Source: Neovahlkampfia damariscottae (Eukaryota). Taken from it: a stretch of 20,000 nt of DNA. The position numbers and the translations under genes are program-made. The notes under the pieces are model-generated. The model was not told the origin of the DNA. It made no database searches and saw nothing but the letters and a program-made list of their open reading frames with translations. The DNA lies in contig JABLTG010000110.1 in assembly GCA_016618085.1 (NCBI GenBank), positions 47,093 to 67,092 of the forward strand. The letters are read 5' to 3'. Position 1 is the first letter of the stretch; every line of letters begins with the position of its first letter. Of this stretch, positions 1-9,877 are shown piece after piece.

Positions 1-151
1 GTTGATGGAAGTTAATCATTTTCGGAATCAAATCTTTTATGGCATCATTGGCCTCCTGTTTATCAAATAATTCTCTAGAATATCCAACAACACCAAGTTT
101 TAAATTTTTTGCGACAACAACAACCACCAAGACCAACAACAAAATCTTCAT
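1..151 (-). CDS. Partial gene (5' end only): signal-peptide-bearing protein, possibly with a SLOG/Rossmann-like N-terminus
   Basis: ATG at 151, open to the window edge: MKILLLVLVVVVVAKNLKLGVVGYSRELFDKQEANDAIKDLIPKMINFHQ. Hydrophobic leader followed by a beta-strand/Gly motif (LGVVGYS). Absent from the ORF track because it is truncated. Confidence 0.7.
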   Translation of the reverse strand, partial: MKILLLVLVVVVVAKNLKLGVVGYSRELFDKQEANDAIKDLIPKMINFHQ

Positions 152-215
152 TTTCAAAAAACCGATTTAATTCGTCTATTTTTTTTATCCAATCATTTGC
201 TGACTCTTTTTTTCA

Positions 216-1187
216 ATGAAACCACAAACAAGAAAAAAACTTGACCCTTTAATTGAAAAACTTGGTGTTGAATTTTTTTTGAGTCAATCAACTCATAATA
301 GAAACGTGATTCAAAGACAAAAAATTGAAGAAGAAGTTGAAGAATTAAGAGATGATAAACAATACCTTTTGAATATTTTAAGAAGTAGTAGTTCAAGTAT
401 TTATCCATTAGTATCAAGGAGATTAAAAAAAGATTCTGAATTTTCTGCAGAAGCAATCAAATATTCTCCACATCTTTTAACATTGTGTGACGTTGATTTG
501 CAATACAATGAAGATTTCCTGCTGAAAATATTAAAATCTAATCCAAAGTGTGGTGAATACATCACATCAGAAGTTTTAGAAAGTCCAGATTTTCAATTGA
601 AAGCAATTAAAATTACCACAACAATACTTGAACATGCTGAATATGAACTGGAACGAGAAGTAGTATTGAAAGCTGTTAAAATCGACGGAAATGCTATTAA
701 ATATGACAAAAATTATTTTTCTGATCGTGAAATTCTATTTGAAGCAATGAAAAATACACCACATGTTTTGTCTCATTTATTTCTTGAATATACAGACAAT
801 AGAGAATTTATGGTGGAAATGATAAAGCATGCATCCTTTAACTATCCATATGCTTCTGGAAAATTGAAGCAAAATCGAGAATTTTTGATTGAAGTACTTG
901 GAATTCATGGAGCAGAAATTATGAAATTTTTGACACCCAAAAAGTTAAAAGATCCAGAAATAATTGAACTAGGCATAGAAAATGATCCAACTAGTTTGAA
1001 TTATCTTCCAAAAAAAATGGCTGAAGATCCAAAAGTGATTCTGAGATGTGTCAGAAATTTCAAGTCAAATCATCAATTTATTTCAAAGCAAATGTTGAAT
1101 GATAAAAAATTGGAATGGTTGTTTTTATTATACTACAAATGGATTCCAGAAGTCCAAAATTTTAATGTCAATTTTTGTTTTAATTGA
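216..1187 (+). CDS. DUF4116-type helical repeat protein (323 aa, intronless)
   Basis: About 24-25 aa repeats such as 'EREVVLKAVKIDGNAIKY', 'DREILFEAMKNTPHVLSH', 'DPEIIELGIENDPTSLNYLPKKM', matching the DUF4116 pattern (D.e.vl.Av...g.al.y). Confidence 0.85.
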   Translation: MKPQTRKKLDPLIEKLGVEFFLSQSTHNRNVIQRQKIEEEVEELRDDKQYLLNILRSSSSSIYPLVSRRLKKDSEFSAEAIKYSPHLLTLCDVDLQYNEDFLLKILKSNPKCGEYITSEVLESPDFQLKAIKITTTILEHAEYELEREVVLKAVKIDGNAIKYDKNYFSDREILFEAMKNTPHVLSHLFLEYTDNREFMVEMIKHASFNYPYASGKLKQNREFLIEVLGIHGAEIMKFLTPKKLKDPEIIELGIENDPTSLNYLPKKMAEDPKVILRCVRNFKSNHQFISKQMLNDKKLEWLFLLYYKWIPEVQNFNVNFCFN

Positions 1188-1316
1188 TGAAATATTTGTT
1201 GACTGTGAATATTAATTTGGTCATTTGTGAGAATAAAATTAAATATTTTAAACTAAAAATCATTTTTTCATCGGACTGTGAAGGAATTTTATTTGATCGG
1301 AGATTTTTCTCGTCCA

Positions 1317-2060
1317 ATGGTAAGTTATCAAAAAAAACTAAACGGTTGTGCTCACTACAACAAGAACTGTCAAATCCACTGCTCAGTTTGTGATAAGTTC
1401 TACACTTGCCGACATTGTCATAACGATGCAACTTTGGACCACGAAGTTGACCGTTTTTCAGTATCAAAATTAAAATGCTTAAATTGTTCAACTGAACAAA
1501 ACGTCTCCAATGAATGCAAAAACTGTAAAATCAAATTTGGTGATTATCACTGTTTATTTTGCAACCTTTTTGTCAATAAAAAAGAAAATCAACCACTTAA
1601 TGTTTTTCATTGTGAAAAATGTAAAATTTGTCGAGTTGGAAAAAGAGAAGAGTATTTTCATTGTGACAAATGTGGATGTTGTATGCCTATTTCAAAAGAA
1701 GATACTCATGAATGTATTGAAAATGTCCTTGGACAAAACTGTCCAATCTGTTTGGAGTTTTTATTTACTTCAACAAAAGTTACATCAACCATGAAATGTG
1801 GACATATTATTCATCAAAGTTGTTTTGAAGATATGATTGAAAATCAGAATTATAAATGTCCAAGTTGCAATAAACTCATTGTTGAACTTGATGACAAATA
1901 TTTGGATGAAGTAATTGAAAAGACCCCAATGCCAGATGAACTGAAAAATGAAAAAGTCAAAATTTTATGTAATGAATGTCAAGAAAAAGGAGATTGTATG
2001 TTTCATTTTTATGGTTTAAAATGTCAAAAATGTGGAAGTTATAACACAGCCAGAATTTAA
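1317..2060 (+). CDS. RCHY1: RING finger and CHY zinc finger protein (Pirh2-type E3 ubiquitin ligase)
   Basis: CHY (GCAHY...CSVCDKFYTCRHCHN...HEVDR), CTCHY (FHCEKCKICRVG...YFHCDKCGCC), RING-H2 (CPICLEFLFTS...MKCGHIIHQSC...CPSC) and C-terminal zinc ribbon (ILCNEC...FHFYGLKCQKCGSYNT). First in-frame ATG is 1317; the ORF track starts at a non-ATG codon at 1278. Confidence 0.95.
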   Translation: MVSYQKKLNGCAHYNKNCQIHCSVCDKFYTCRHCHNDATLDHEVDRFSVSKLKCLNCSTEQNVSNECKNCKIKFGDYHCLFCNLFVNKKENQPLNVFHCEKCKICRVGKREEYFHCDKCGCCMPISKEDTHECIENVLGQNCPICLEFLFTSTKVTSTMKCGHIIHQSCFEDMIENQNYKCPSCNKLIVELDDKYLDEVIEKTPMPDELKNEKVKILCNECQEKGDCMFHFYGLKCQKCGSYNTARI

Positions 2061-2198
2061 ATCAATAAATTCTTCATCCAAAGATCATTCACTCTCTGCA
2101 GTTATCCAAAGAATTTGATTGAATTAATACTTCTTTTTTCTGATGATTTTTCAGAAGTTGAAAAAAAAACGAAAAATTCATTTATTCAAAATATAATT

Positions 2199-2931
2199 TT
2201 ACTTTGGTACCACAGCACCAATTTCTTCATCAACATCGTCTTTTGTATGTTCAGAGTTTGATGATTGAAAAACTCCACCTAAAAATCCAGATCCTTTTCT
2301 TTTTTTTTTCATCGCAGCAAGTTCTTCTTTTTGTTTTTCTTCTTCAGCTTTTTGTTTTGCGTATTCTTCTGCATCCAATAAACTTTGATTGAATAATTTA
2401 ATACTTGCATCAAATGCTTCTTCAACGTTAATTCTTTTTTTTGCTGAAGTTTCAAAGAAAATACAAGAACCAAACTCTTCAGCTAATGCTATACCATCTT
2501 CTTTTGATACTACTCTTTCTTGCTCTAAGTCACATTTTGCTCCAACTAAAACACAAGGAACTTCCTCTTCGTCTCCTTTTGCCTTCAACAAATTATTATG
2601 CATTTCTATAATCTCTTCAAAAGAACCTTTATCTGTAATACTATAAACCAAAATAAAAGTGTCTCCTGATTGCATATACAAGTCTCTAAGTGCATCATAT
2701 TCATCTTGACCTGCTGTATCCAAAATTTCTAAAGTGTAGAAATTTCCTTCAATTTCTCTTTGCATTTGATAAGCATCCTCAATAGTTGGATTGTAAGATT
2801 CGTCAAATTTATTTTTTATGAAAGAAACAGTGAGACCTTTTTTTTTTTTGGTTAATTTTTGTTTAATTCTTACAACTTTTTCCAACACCTCCTGAACCAA
2901 GCACAACTAGTTTGACAGCACCACTTGACAT
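2199..2931 (-). CDS. Ras/Rap-family small GTPase, 231 aa; exons 2931-2874 and 2836-2199, intron 2873-2837 (37 nt)
   Basis: Splicing gives MSSGAVKLVVLGSGGVGKSCLTVSFIKNKFDESYNPTIEDAY..., with G1 GSGGVGKS, effector YNPTIED, G3 DTAGQ, G4 variant GAKCD and G5 ETSAK. The intron is GTAAG...TTAAC...AG. Confidence 0.93.
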
Positions 2932-3275
2932 TATTTGCTAAAAATAAATAAGTTCGTTGAAAGATCTGATTGGTTATATTCTTTTTTTTTTCTTCTCAAA
3001 AGAACTTTATTGGAAAGAAATTCGTCCATCCAATTAACACATAATTATGAAATATTACTCTGAATTTATTTACTCTTGGTAAATAGTGAACAAAAGTTAT
3101 TTAATTTTTTTTGCAGATTTTCTTGTTTTGATTTTGAAATTTGTGTTGATTTGGATATTTTTTCAACATACCTAGGGTGTCAAATACTCGTCGACACTTG
3201 AATAAATAATGTGTTGACAAGAATCCAATAAAATGACTGAAACCTTCAAAGAAAAATTGGACCAATTACAATAAA

Positions 3276-3949
3276 ATGAAAATTCCAAAAGCAAAGCGTA
3301 GAAAAGTTGATTTAGAAGATTCATCTAGAAAAGAAGAAGAAAATAAAATAAATTCCACTTTACAAAGAGTCGAGGAGGAAGAATCCATTCCAAAAAAAAA
3401 AGAAAAACCTGAAACACCTTTAAGTCGTTCACAAAGAAAAAGAAGAAAAAAAATAGAAAGACAAAAAATATCAGAAAATTTAAAAGAAAGACTTGAAGAA
3501 CAAAATAATCCAAAAACTGAAAAAAAGAGCAAAAAAGAAAAAAAAAAAAAAAAATATGCTTTGAGTTTGGATGACTTGGATGATGCATTGGATCAAGTTG
3601 AATTTAAAAAAGAAAGAGTTGAAAATCCAGCTAGAAGAACTACCAAAAAAATTATGCATCAAACGTAAGACTTTTTTAAAAAAGTTTTTTTTAACATTAT
3701 TTCACATAAAGACAAAAGGAGATTAATCAATTGGAGAATATTTTCAAAATGGACATTTTTCAACAAAAACCTGTAGAGGTCATGCAACAACATTTGACAA
3801 ATACAGTAAAGCATAAATTATCAGAAGACGCCTTGAAAAAAAGAAGAAAAATAAAAATTATAAAAAGAGAAAGAGCAGTTGATCCAAAACAAACGATAAC
3901 CAAAACAGCAGGAAAAAGAAAAAGAGATGATGACATGATGGAGGAATAA
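3276..3949 (+). CDS. SLX9/FAM207A-like ribosome biogenesis protein; exons 3276-3664 and 3712-3949, intron 3665-3711 (47 nt)
   Basis: A GTAAG...TTAAC...AAG intron joins two ORFs in frame. K/R-rich protein with 'KEINQLENIFKMDIFQQKPVEVMQQHLTNTV', resembling the SLX9 C-terminal motif (E...f..il....F..nP...i..Hi.n). Confidence 0.65.
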
Positions 3950-4034
3950 AAGTTTTTTTTAGTTTTCTGAAGCTTTTGAAAATAGAAGGATTTTTTATTG
4001 GTGGAAATCAACTGTTTGTTTTTTTTTGGTTTCA

Positions 4035-6686
4035 ATGAAGTGGTCAAAATTACAGTGTAATTTTGAATCAGAACCACCTCCATTAACAGGTCACTCCTTG
4101 CAATCTATAAGATATTTGGAGGATCCAGATAATTATACCATGATTTTTATTTTTGGAGGAATAACAGAAAAATCAATTTATTCAAACATAATTTATACCA
4201 TAAAAATACGTAAGGAATACAAAAAAAAAGTAAAAAAAAAAGCTGACGATGGTGAGTCTATTTTCGGAACAGTTTCAGAAACACAAATTGGTTCTTTTCA
4301 TCAAGTTGAAAATTTAAATGCAAAACTGAAACCAGAAGGTAGAAATAAAACATCAATGTGTACTTTCAAAATTATATTTCAAAAAAATGAAGAAAAAGAA
4401 GAAAAAGTTAAAAATTTTTATTCCTTGATTTTGTTTGGTGGAATGAACGAGAACAAAAAATTACTGAATGATACTTGGATACTGAATGCATCTCCAGGAG
4501 AAATGTGTTGGATTAAACCAAAATTTCAAACAAATTCAAAACAACCAAAGGAAAGATTTGGACATACAATTTGTAAACATGAAAATAAGCAACAATTGAA
4601 CATATACTTATTTGGAGGATATAATGGAAATGAATATTTCAATGATATCTGGATGTTTAAAGAAACAAAAGAAGAAGGTGTTTTTGAATGGTTGGAGATT
4701 AAAGGAATACCAAGATTTGTAGATGAAGATCCTTTATGTATTTATGAAAATGAAATAAAACCCTGTGGTAGATTTGGTCATTCTTCAGCTATTGTTAAAA
4801 ACTCAATGTTGATCTTTGGAGGGATGAATGAATATGAAAGATTAGGAGATTTATGGAGTTTAGATTTATTGACAAAACGTTGGTTAAAATTGAATTTCAC
4901 TGGAATACCACCTTCACCAAGATATGATCATATTGGTATTTCAATAGCAAATCAAGATTTAAGGAAAGAAAAATATATGATTATTTTTGGTGGTAATACA
5001 AAGAAGAGTAAAAAATACTCAAATGAAATTTTTGCATTTCATTTAGATGAATTATTATGGTTAAATTTACAACAAAATGGCGAAGAAAATGAATTAAAAG
5101 GAAGAACTTCTTGCAGTGGTTCATTATTTCAAAAAGATAAAATTTTAATTTTTGGAGGTTTATCAAAAACAAAAAGAAATATTGTTCAAAGAATGAATGA
5201 TTTCTGGTGTTATGATTCGGAATTAGAAAAAGATAAAAAAAAGAGAATTGGAAGTTATTGGATTGATGGATCAAGAAAACCATTAGGATCTGGTGCTTTT
5301 GCAACTGTTTATCGAGCAAAATCTGATGATCATAAAGACACCAATGAATATGCTCTAAAAATGATGAATTTAGAATTTGATAAAAGCAAAGATTCTGTTG
5401 TCAATGCAGATATTTTACTATCGGAAATTCAAGTTTTGATGAAATTGATTCATCCAAATGTCTTAACTTTGAATGATTCATTTTTAGATGAAGATAAAAC
5501 ACATTTTAGTATTGTCATGCCTTTATGTGATCGAGGATCATTAACTGAATTCATTAAAGATAAAAAAAATAATTTGTCAGAAATGGAATTACTTGATTTG
5601 ATTGTTCAATTTTTAAATGGAATTTCTTATATTCATAACAAACAAGTTATTCATCGGGATATCAAATCGGACAATATTCTATTGAAAACTGAAAAAATAA
5701 ATGACCAAGAAAGAATTTTTGTTAAAATTGCTGATTTTGGATTGGCTGCTGATGCTGCAAATGATGAAAATTTAAATATAGCAGGAACTCCAGGACATAT
5801 TGCTCCAGAGGTTACCTGGCAAAAATCAAAATATGGTGTATCATCTGATTTATGGGCTGTTAGTCTTGTTATTTTTTACACATTTTTTACACCAATCGCT
5901 AAAAAGAAAAAGGAATTTAAGAATTTCAAAATTGAATCTGATCAAAAATTCAAGTTGAAAATATCAAAAACATCAAAAAAAGAAGAGATTGAAAAACAAG
6001 TTTCAAGCATGATTGAACGAATGAAAACACTTTGGGATGCGACTACTTATAAATATAAAGATACTTATTGGAATTGGATGATGAATTGTTTGAAAATAAA
6101 TCCTGAAGAAAGGCCAAAAGCAAATGATCTATATAATGAAGGTCTTTTAATTCTTCAAAAAGAAGAACCTGAAAAATATAAAACAACAACGATAACAGAT
6201 CAAAAAGAACCGGTCATTGAAAAATTAAACGTATTCAGTTGGTTGAAGACTCTCGGACTTGATAAATATTTCAAAAATTTTGAATCTAATGGATATGAAG
6301 ATTTGAGGTTTTTAACAGACCTGAGTAAAGAAGACTTGAAAGAGATACGAATTGATGATGAAAATGATTTGGATTCCATCTTTGAATCGTTAAAAAGTTT
6401 TTCATTGGATAAAGAACTATGCAAACGATTGGAGGAGAAAATTGTGTTAGATTTTTGGGATGTACCTTGTTGGTTGAAAAGTATAGGTTTATCAATGTAT
6501 TGTTCAAATTTTGATGATTGTGGTTTTGATGATATTGAATACATTTGGGAGAATGGATTGACAAATTTTGAAATAAAAGAAATTATTGGGATTAAATTAT
6601 TGGGACATTTAAAGAAATTACAATATTCTATTGAAGAAATGAAGAATATTTTATATAAAGAAGATGAAAAATTTGAATTAAAATGA
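4035..6686 (+). CDS. Kelch-repeat + Ser/Thr protein kinase + tandem SAM domain protein
   Basis: Six FGG-containing Kelch repeats (~4035-5215; e.g. PKERFGHT...YLFGGYNG...FNDIW). Kinase (~5275-6130; GSGAFATV, ALK, HRDIKSDN, DFG, APE). Two SAM-like domains ('VFSWLKTLGLDKYFKNFESNGY', 'VPCWLKSIGLSMYCSNFDDCGF...IGIKLLGHLKKL'). First ATG is 4035. Confidence 0.92.
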   Translation: MKWSKLQCNFESEPPPLTGHSLQSIRYLEDPDNYTMIFIFGGITEKSIYSNIIYTIKIRKEYKKKVKKKADDGESIFGTVSETQIGSFHQVENLNAKLKPEGRNKTSMCTFKIIFQKNEEKEEKVKNFYSLILFGGMNENKKLLNDTWILNASPGEMCWIKPKFQTNSKQPKERFGHTICKHENKQQLNIYLFGGYNGNEYFNDIWMFKETKEEGVFEWLEIKGIPRFVDEDPLCIYENEIKPCGRFGHSSAIVKNSMLIFGGMNEYERLGDLWSLDLLTKRWLKLNFTGIPPSPRYDHIGISIANQDLRKEKYMIIFGGNTKKSKKYSNEIFAFHLDELLWLNLQQNGEENELKGRTSCSGSLFQKDKILIFGGLSKTKRNIVQRMNDFWCYDSELEKDKKKRIGSYWIDGSRKPLGSGAFATVYRAKSDDHKDTNEYALKMMNLEFDKSKDSVVNADILLSEIQVLMKLIHPNVLTLNDSFLDEDKTHFSIVMPLCDRGSLTEFIKDKKNNLSEMELLDLIVQFLNGISYIHNKQVIHRDIKSDNILLKTEKINDQERIFVKIADFGLAADAANDENLNIAGTPGHIAPEVTWQKSKYGVSSDLWAVSLVIFYTFFTPIAKKKKEFKNFKIESDQKFKLKISKTSKKEEIEKQVSSMIERMKTLWDATTYKYKDTYWNWMMNCLKINPEERPKANDLYNEGLLILQKEEPEKYKTTTITDQKEPVIEKLNVFSWLKTLGLDKYFKNFESNGYEDLRFLTDLSKEDLKEIRIDDENDLDSIFESLKSFSLDKELCKRLEEKIVLDFWDVPCWLKSIGLSMYCSNFDDCGFDDIEYIWENGLTNFEIKEIIGIKLLGHLKKLQYSIEEMKNILYKEDEKFELK

Positions 6687-6745
6687 TCCAATAGAAAATG
6701 AATAATTTTTTTTGAATGAAAATCATGAAATTATTAAATTAAACA

Positions 6746-8134
6746 ATGAATAAATTTTTGAAAATAAATTTAAAAAGTTCCACCAATCATTTTGATATGG
6801 AAGAAATTGACGAAGTTGATGCAGGATTTGCAAGACTTGATGAACTCTACAGCAAAGTAGATTCAGGTCCACTTGAAATTGATTTTGAAGAAGAAATAAA
6901 CACTACAGCTTTAATCTTATGGATAATTGGAACAAAAACACTTGAAACACTTATTTTGGTAAAACCAAATGAAGATGTATTAAAACTACTTCTACGTGAA
7001 ATAAAAAACTGTGTGCACGTCAAAAAATTAACCCTTGCAATGTATGATTCAAAAATTTGTTCATCAAAATTTTTAAAAAACTACTTGGAAAAAAATACAT
7101 GTCTGAGAAGTTTTTTTTTGAACTCTGAGAATTATTCTGATTTTTCACCTGGTTTAGAGCAAGGATTAGAAAATAACACACGTTTAAAAGAAATTTCTTT
7201 AGGAGGTTTTTCTTTCCAAGAAAGTACCATGGATTTAACAAATGCAATTACAAAAAGTAAAGTTGAAACAGTGATGCTTTTTCCTAATGAAGATTGGGAA
7301 GCACTTGGAGATTCATTTGATGAAGAAAAAATCTCAGAAAATAACAGTATCAGAAAAATTACTTTTGATTCTTATTCCATTGTAAATTCAAGGTCTTTGG
7401 AATTATTCATCAAAAAGATGAACAATTTGAACAATTTGACTTTGACGGACATTGAAATATCAGACATTACACCGATTATTGAAACGTTATTGACGAAAAG
7501 TTTAAACAAATTGGATCTCTCATCAACCTATATAGGAGACACAGGAGCAACAGTCCTCGGAAATTTTCTTGAAACTGATACCAACTTGGATACTTTATGT
7601 ATATCCAAATGTAGTGTTGGCTATGAAGGCTTTAAGTCACTGATGAACAGTTTATCAAAAAATTCAACTTTAAAATCATTGGATATCTCTGATAATTCTC
7701 AGAAAAAGGAATCAATTGAATGTATAGGAAATTATTTAAAACAAAATAACACATTGGAGACACTGACATTGGAGGTAACTGATCACATTGATATCCTATT
7801 GGATGCTTTGTGCACCAATACACATCTTTGTGAAGCATTTTTTACGTATTGCAAAGTGAAGAATCTATCCAGTTTATATCGTGTTTTGATGGAAAATAGA
7901 TCATTGCGTGATCTTGAAATTACTTATCCAACAAAGGAAAGAATTTTCAGACGAGTTCTAGAGGCACTTGAATTTAACACAACCCTTTTGGATTTTCAAT
8001 TGAAAAATGATCAAATACAAAGATATTTGAAATTTAATAACAATTCTTTCAAAATTCATGAACATTTTCATTTTTTCAAATCGGCGTTGATGGAAAAAAA
8101 TCTTGATAAAAATATTTTTTTCAAGTTTCAATAA
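6746..8134 (+). CDS. RNI-like leucine-rich repeat protein (intronless)
   Basis: About 28-aa LRRs: 'SLNKLDLSSTYIGDTGATVLGNFLETDTNLDTLCISKCSVGYEGFKSLMNSLSKNSTLKSLDISDN'. The true start could be the second Met (6797). Confidence 0.88.
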   Translation: MNKFLKINLKSSTNHFDMEEIDEVDAGFARLDELYSKVDSGPLEIDFEEEINTTALILWIIGTKTLETLILVKPNEDVLKLLLREIKNCVHVKKLTLAMYDSKICSSKFLKNYLEKNTCLRSFFLNSENYSDFSPGLEQGLENNTRLKEISLGGFSFQESTMDLTNAITKSKVETVMLFPNEDWEALGDSFDEEKISENNSIRKITFDSYSIVNSRSLELFIKKMNNLNNLTLTDIEISDITPIIETLLTKSLNKLDLSSTYIGDTGATVLGNFLETDTNLDTLCISKCSVGYEGFKSLMNSLSKNSTLKSLDISDNSQKKESIECIGNYLKQNNTLETLTLEVTDHIDILLDALCTNTHLCEAFFTYCKVKNLSSLYRVLMENRSLRDLEITYPTKERIFRRVLEALEFNTTLLDFQLKNDQIQRYLKFNNNSFKIHEHFHFFKSALMEKNLDKNIFFKFQ

Positions 8135-8183
8135 AAATTACAACTTTTTGACAGATCGAAAATCTTTTAAAATATACAAAAAT

Positions 8184-9660
8184 TTATTCAACAGTTTTAA
8201 TTAATGGTGTTCTAAATCCTGAAAATCCAGCAACTGAACAATCAATTCGATCTTGAAACTGTTCCAAGTGATTATAATGATGAGATAAGCATTCCCAAAA
8301 ACTTTCATAACAAGTATATTTGACATTATATTCTTGACATGTTTCTTTAAGTAATGGTAAAATTGCTTCGTAATGTTGTGGTGATATTGATGGAAATAAA
8401 TGATGACAAACTTGATAATTCAAATGTCCTGATAAATATGTCCAAAATCTTGAATCAGTTGCATAATCACATGATGTTCTAACTTGCATTTCACCCCAAT
8501 CTTCTTCAATTGGAGTATCAGCTGGCCATTCTAAATCATCAACAATATGTGAAATTTGTGAAAAATGTCCGAATAAACACCCTGCAGTTAGTTCAGTCAC
8601 GAAAAATAAAGCAATAGCTAAATTGAGTGACATTCCAAAATAAACTGGTAAAATGATTCGATGTAAGAAAAATGCAAATTTGAGTCCGAGAAATCTGAAA
8701 GTTGCTTCAATTTCTGTATCGTTGATTTTTACTTGTTCCATTGCACCTCTGAAAAAACTGAAAAAGTCATCAATTTGAATTGAAGTAACAACTGTAAAAT
8801 AAGCAATTTTTTGAGCCCACATTGGCATAACAATGTGTTTCGTTCTATATGGCATAATTTCCTCTTTTGGTGATGCTTTATAAATTCCGATATCAGGATC
8901 GATTCCTGAGACATTTGTGAATACATGATGTCCAAAGATGTGTCTATGTTCCCAAATGGTACTAATTAAAAGATTAGTTTTTTCATTTTTTTGTTACTCT
9001 GAAACGCCAAGAAGAATACCACCAACAAAACCCATTACTGACCAAACAATTGGATATCTCGAAAAACAACCATGTGAAACATCGTGTCCACTATGAACCA
9101 TCATTAAATGATGGAAAATACCTGCAGCAACAGCAGCCAAAATTTTGTAAAGAAGTCTTATATTACTATACATGCTGAAATAGTAAGCAATTAAAATTCC
9201 AACAAAGATAAAAATTGTATTGAAAATTGTGAACATATCTAAACGTCTACAATCCTTAATATCATTTTCCTTGAAATACGTTTCAACTTTTTGTTTCAAA
9301 GCTAAAAATTAAAAATGTTGAAAAAAATATCTTACTTGAATAGAATCCTGTTTTCACAGAGTAGATTGGAAACTTATTTGAAATCAAATTTCCAACTTTT
9401 GGACATGATTTTGTTCCAAAAATATGAATACTTTGTGATTTGTGATATGAAATAAACAAGTCTGTGATATCTTTACCACCGGATGAATTTATAATTGCTT
9501 CTCCTCCAGGATGTACTTTAGCCCATTCAGTTGCATCATATACTGAACCTTCAAAGCTGACCAATAAATCACCAGGTTGATTATGTTCTTCAACTTCTTC
9601 CCATGTGTAATTTGGAAATTCATCTGTTGTTGTTGTTGTTGTTGTTGTTTGTGTTTCCAT
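8184..9660 (-). CDS. Cytochrome b5-fused front-end (delta-5/delta-6 type) fatty acid desaturase, 468 aa; exons 9660-9336, 9301-8998, 8961-8184
   Basis: HPGG heme motif and His boxes HDVSH, HIFGHH and QVCHH (Q-for-H third box typical of front-end desaturases). Introns 9335-9302 (34 nt) and 8997-8962 (36 nt) are GT-AG and restore one frame. Confidence 0.95.
9625..9648. repeat. (ACA)8 / (TGT)8 trinucleotide microsatellite encoding poly-Thr
   Basis: Eight perfect TGT units on the + strand; encodes METQTTTTTTTTDEF at the desaturase N-terminus. Confidence 0.9.
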
Positions 9661-9877
9661 TTTGTTGTTTTGTTGAATTGACAAATCAATTTGATCTCGG
9701 TTAAATAACTTTTTCTCAACAGACAAATTCCATTTCTAATTGGTCAAACCAATTTTTTTTTTTCTTTCTGTTCTGGACATTATTCGACCAATGAAATCAA
9801 ATTGTGTTTTTTTGTGTTTTTTATGAATTTAACTGAAAAATAAATCTGTTTTTTTTTTTTGGTAAGATTTTGTTGGT

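Noticed and set aside
1320..1364. Perfect GTAAGT donor right after the RCHY1 ATG
   Set aside because: The next usable AG (1363-1364) would remove the conserved GCxHY motif; the unspliced frame is already open and sensible.
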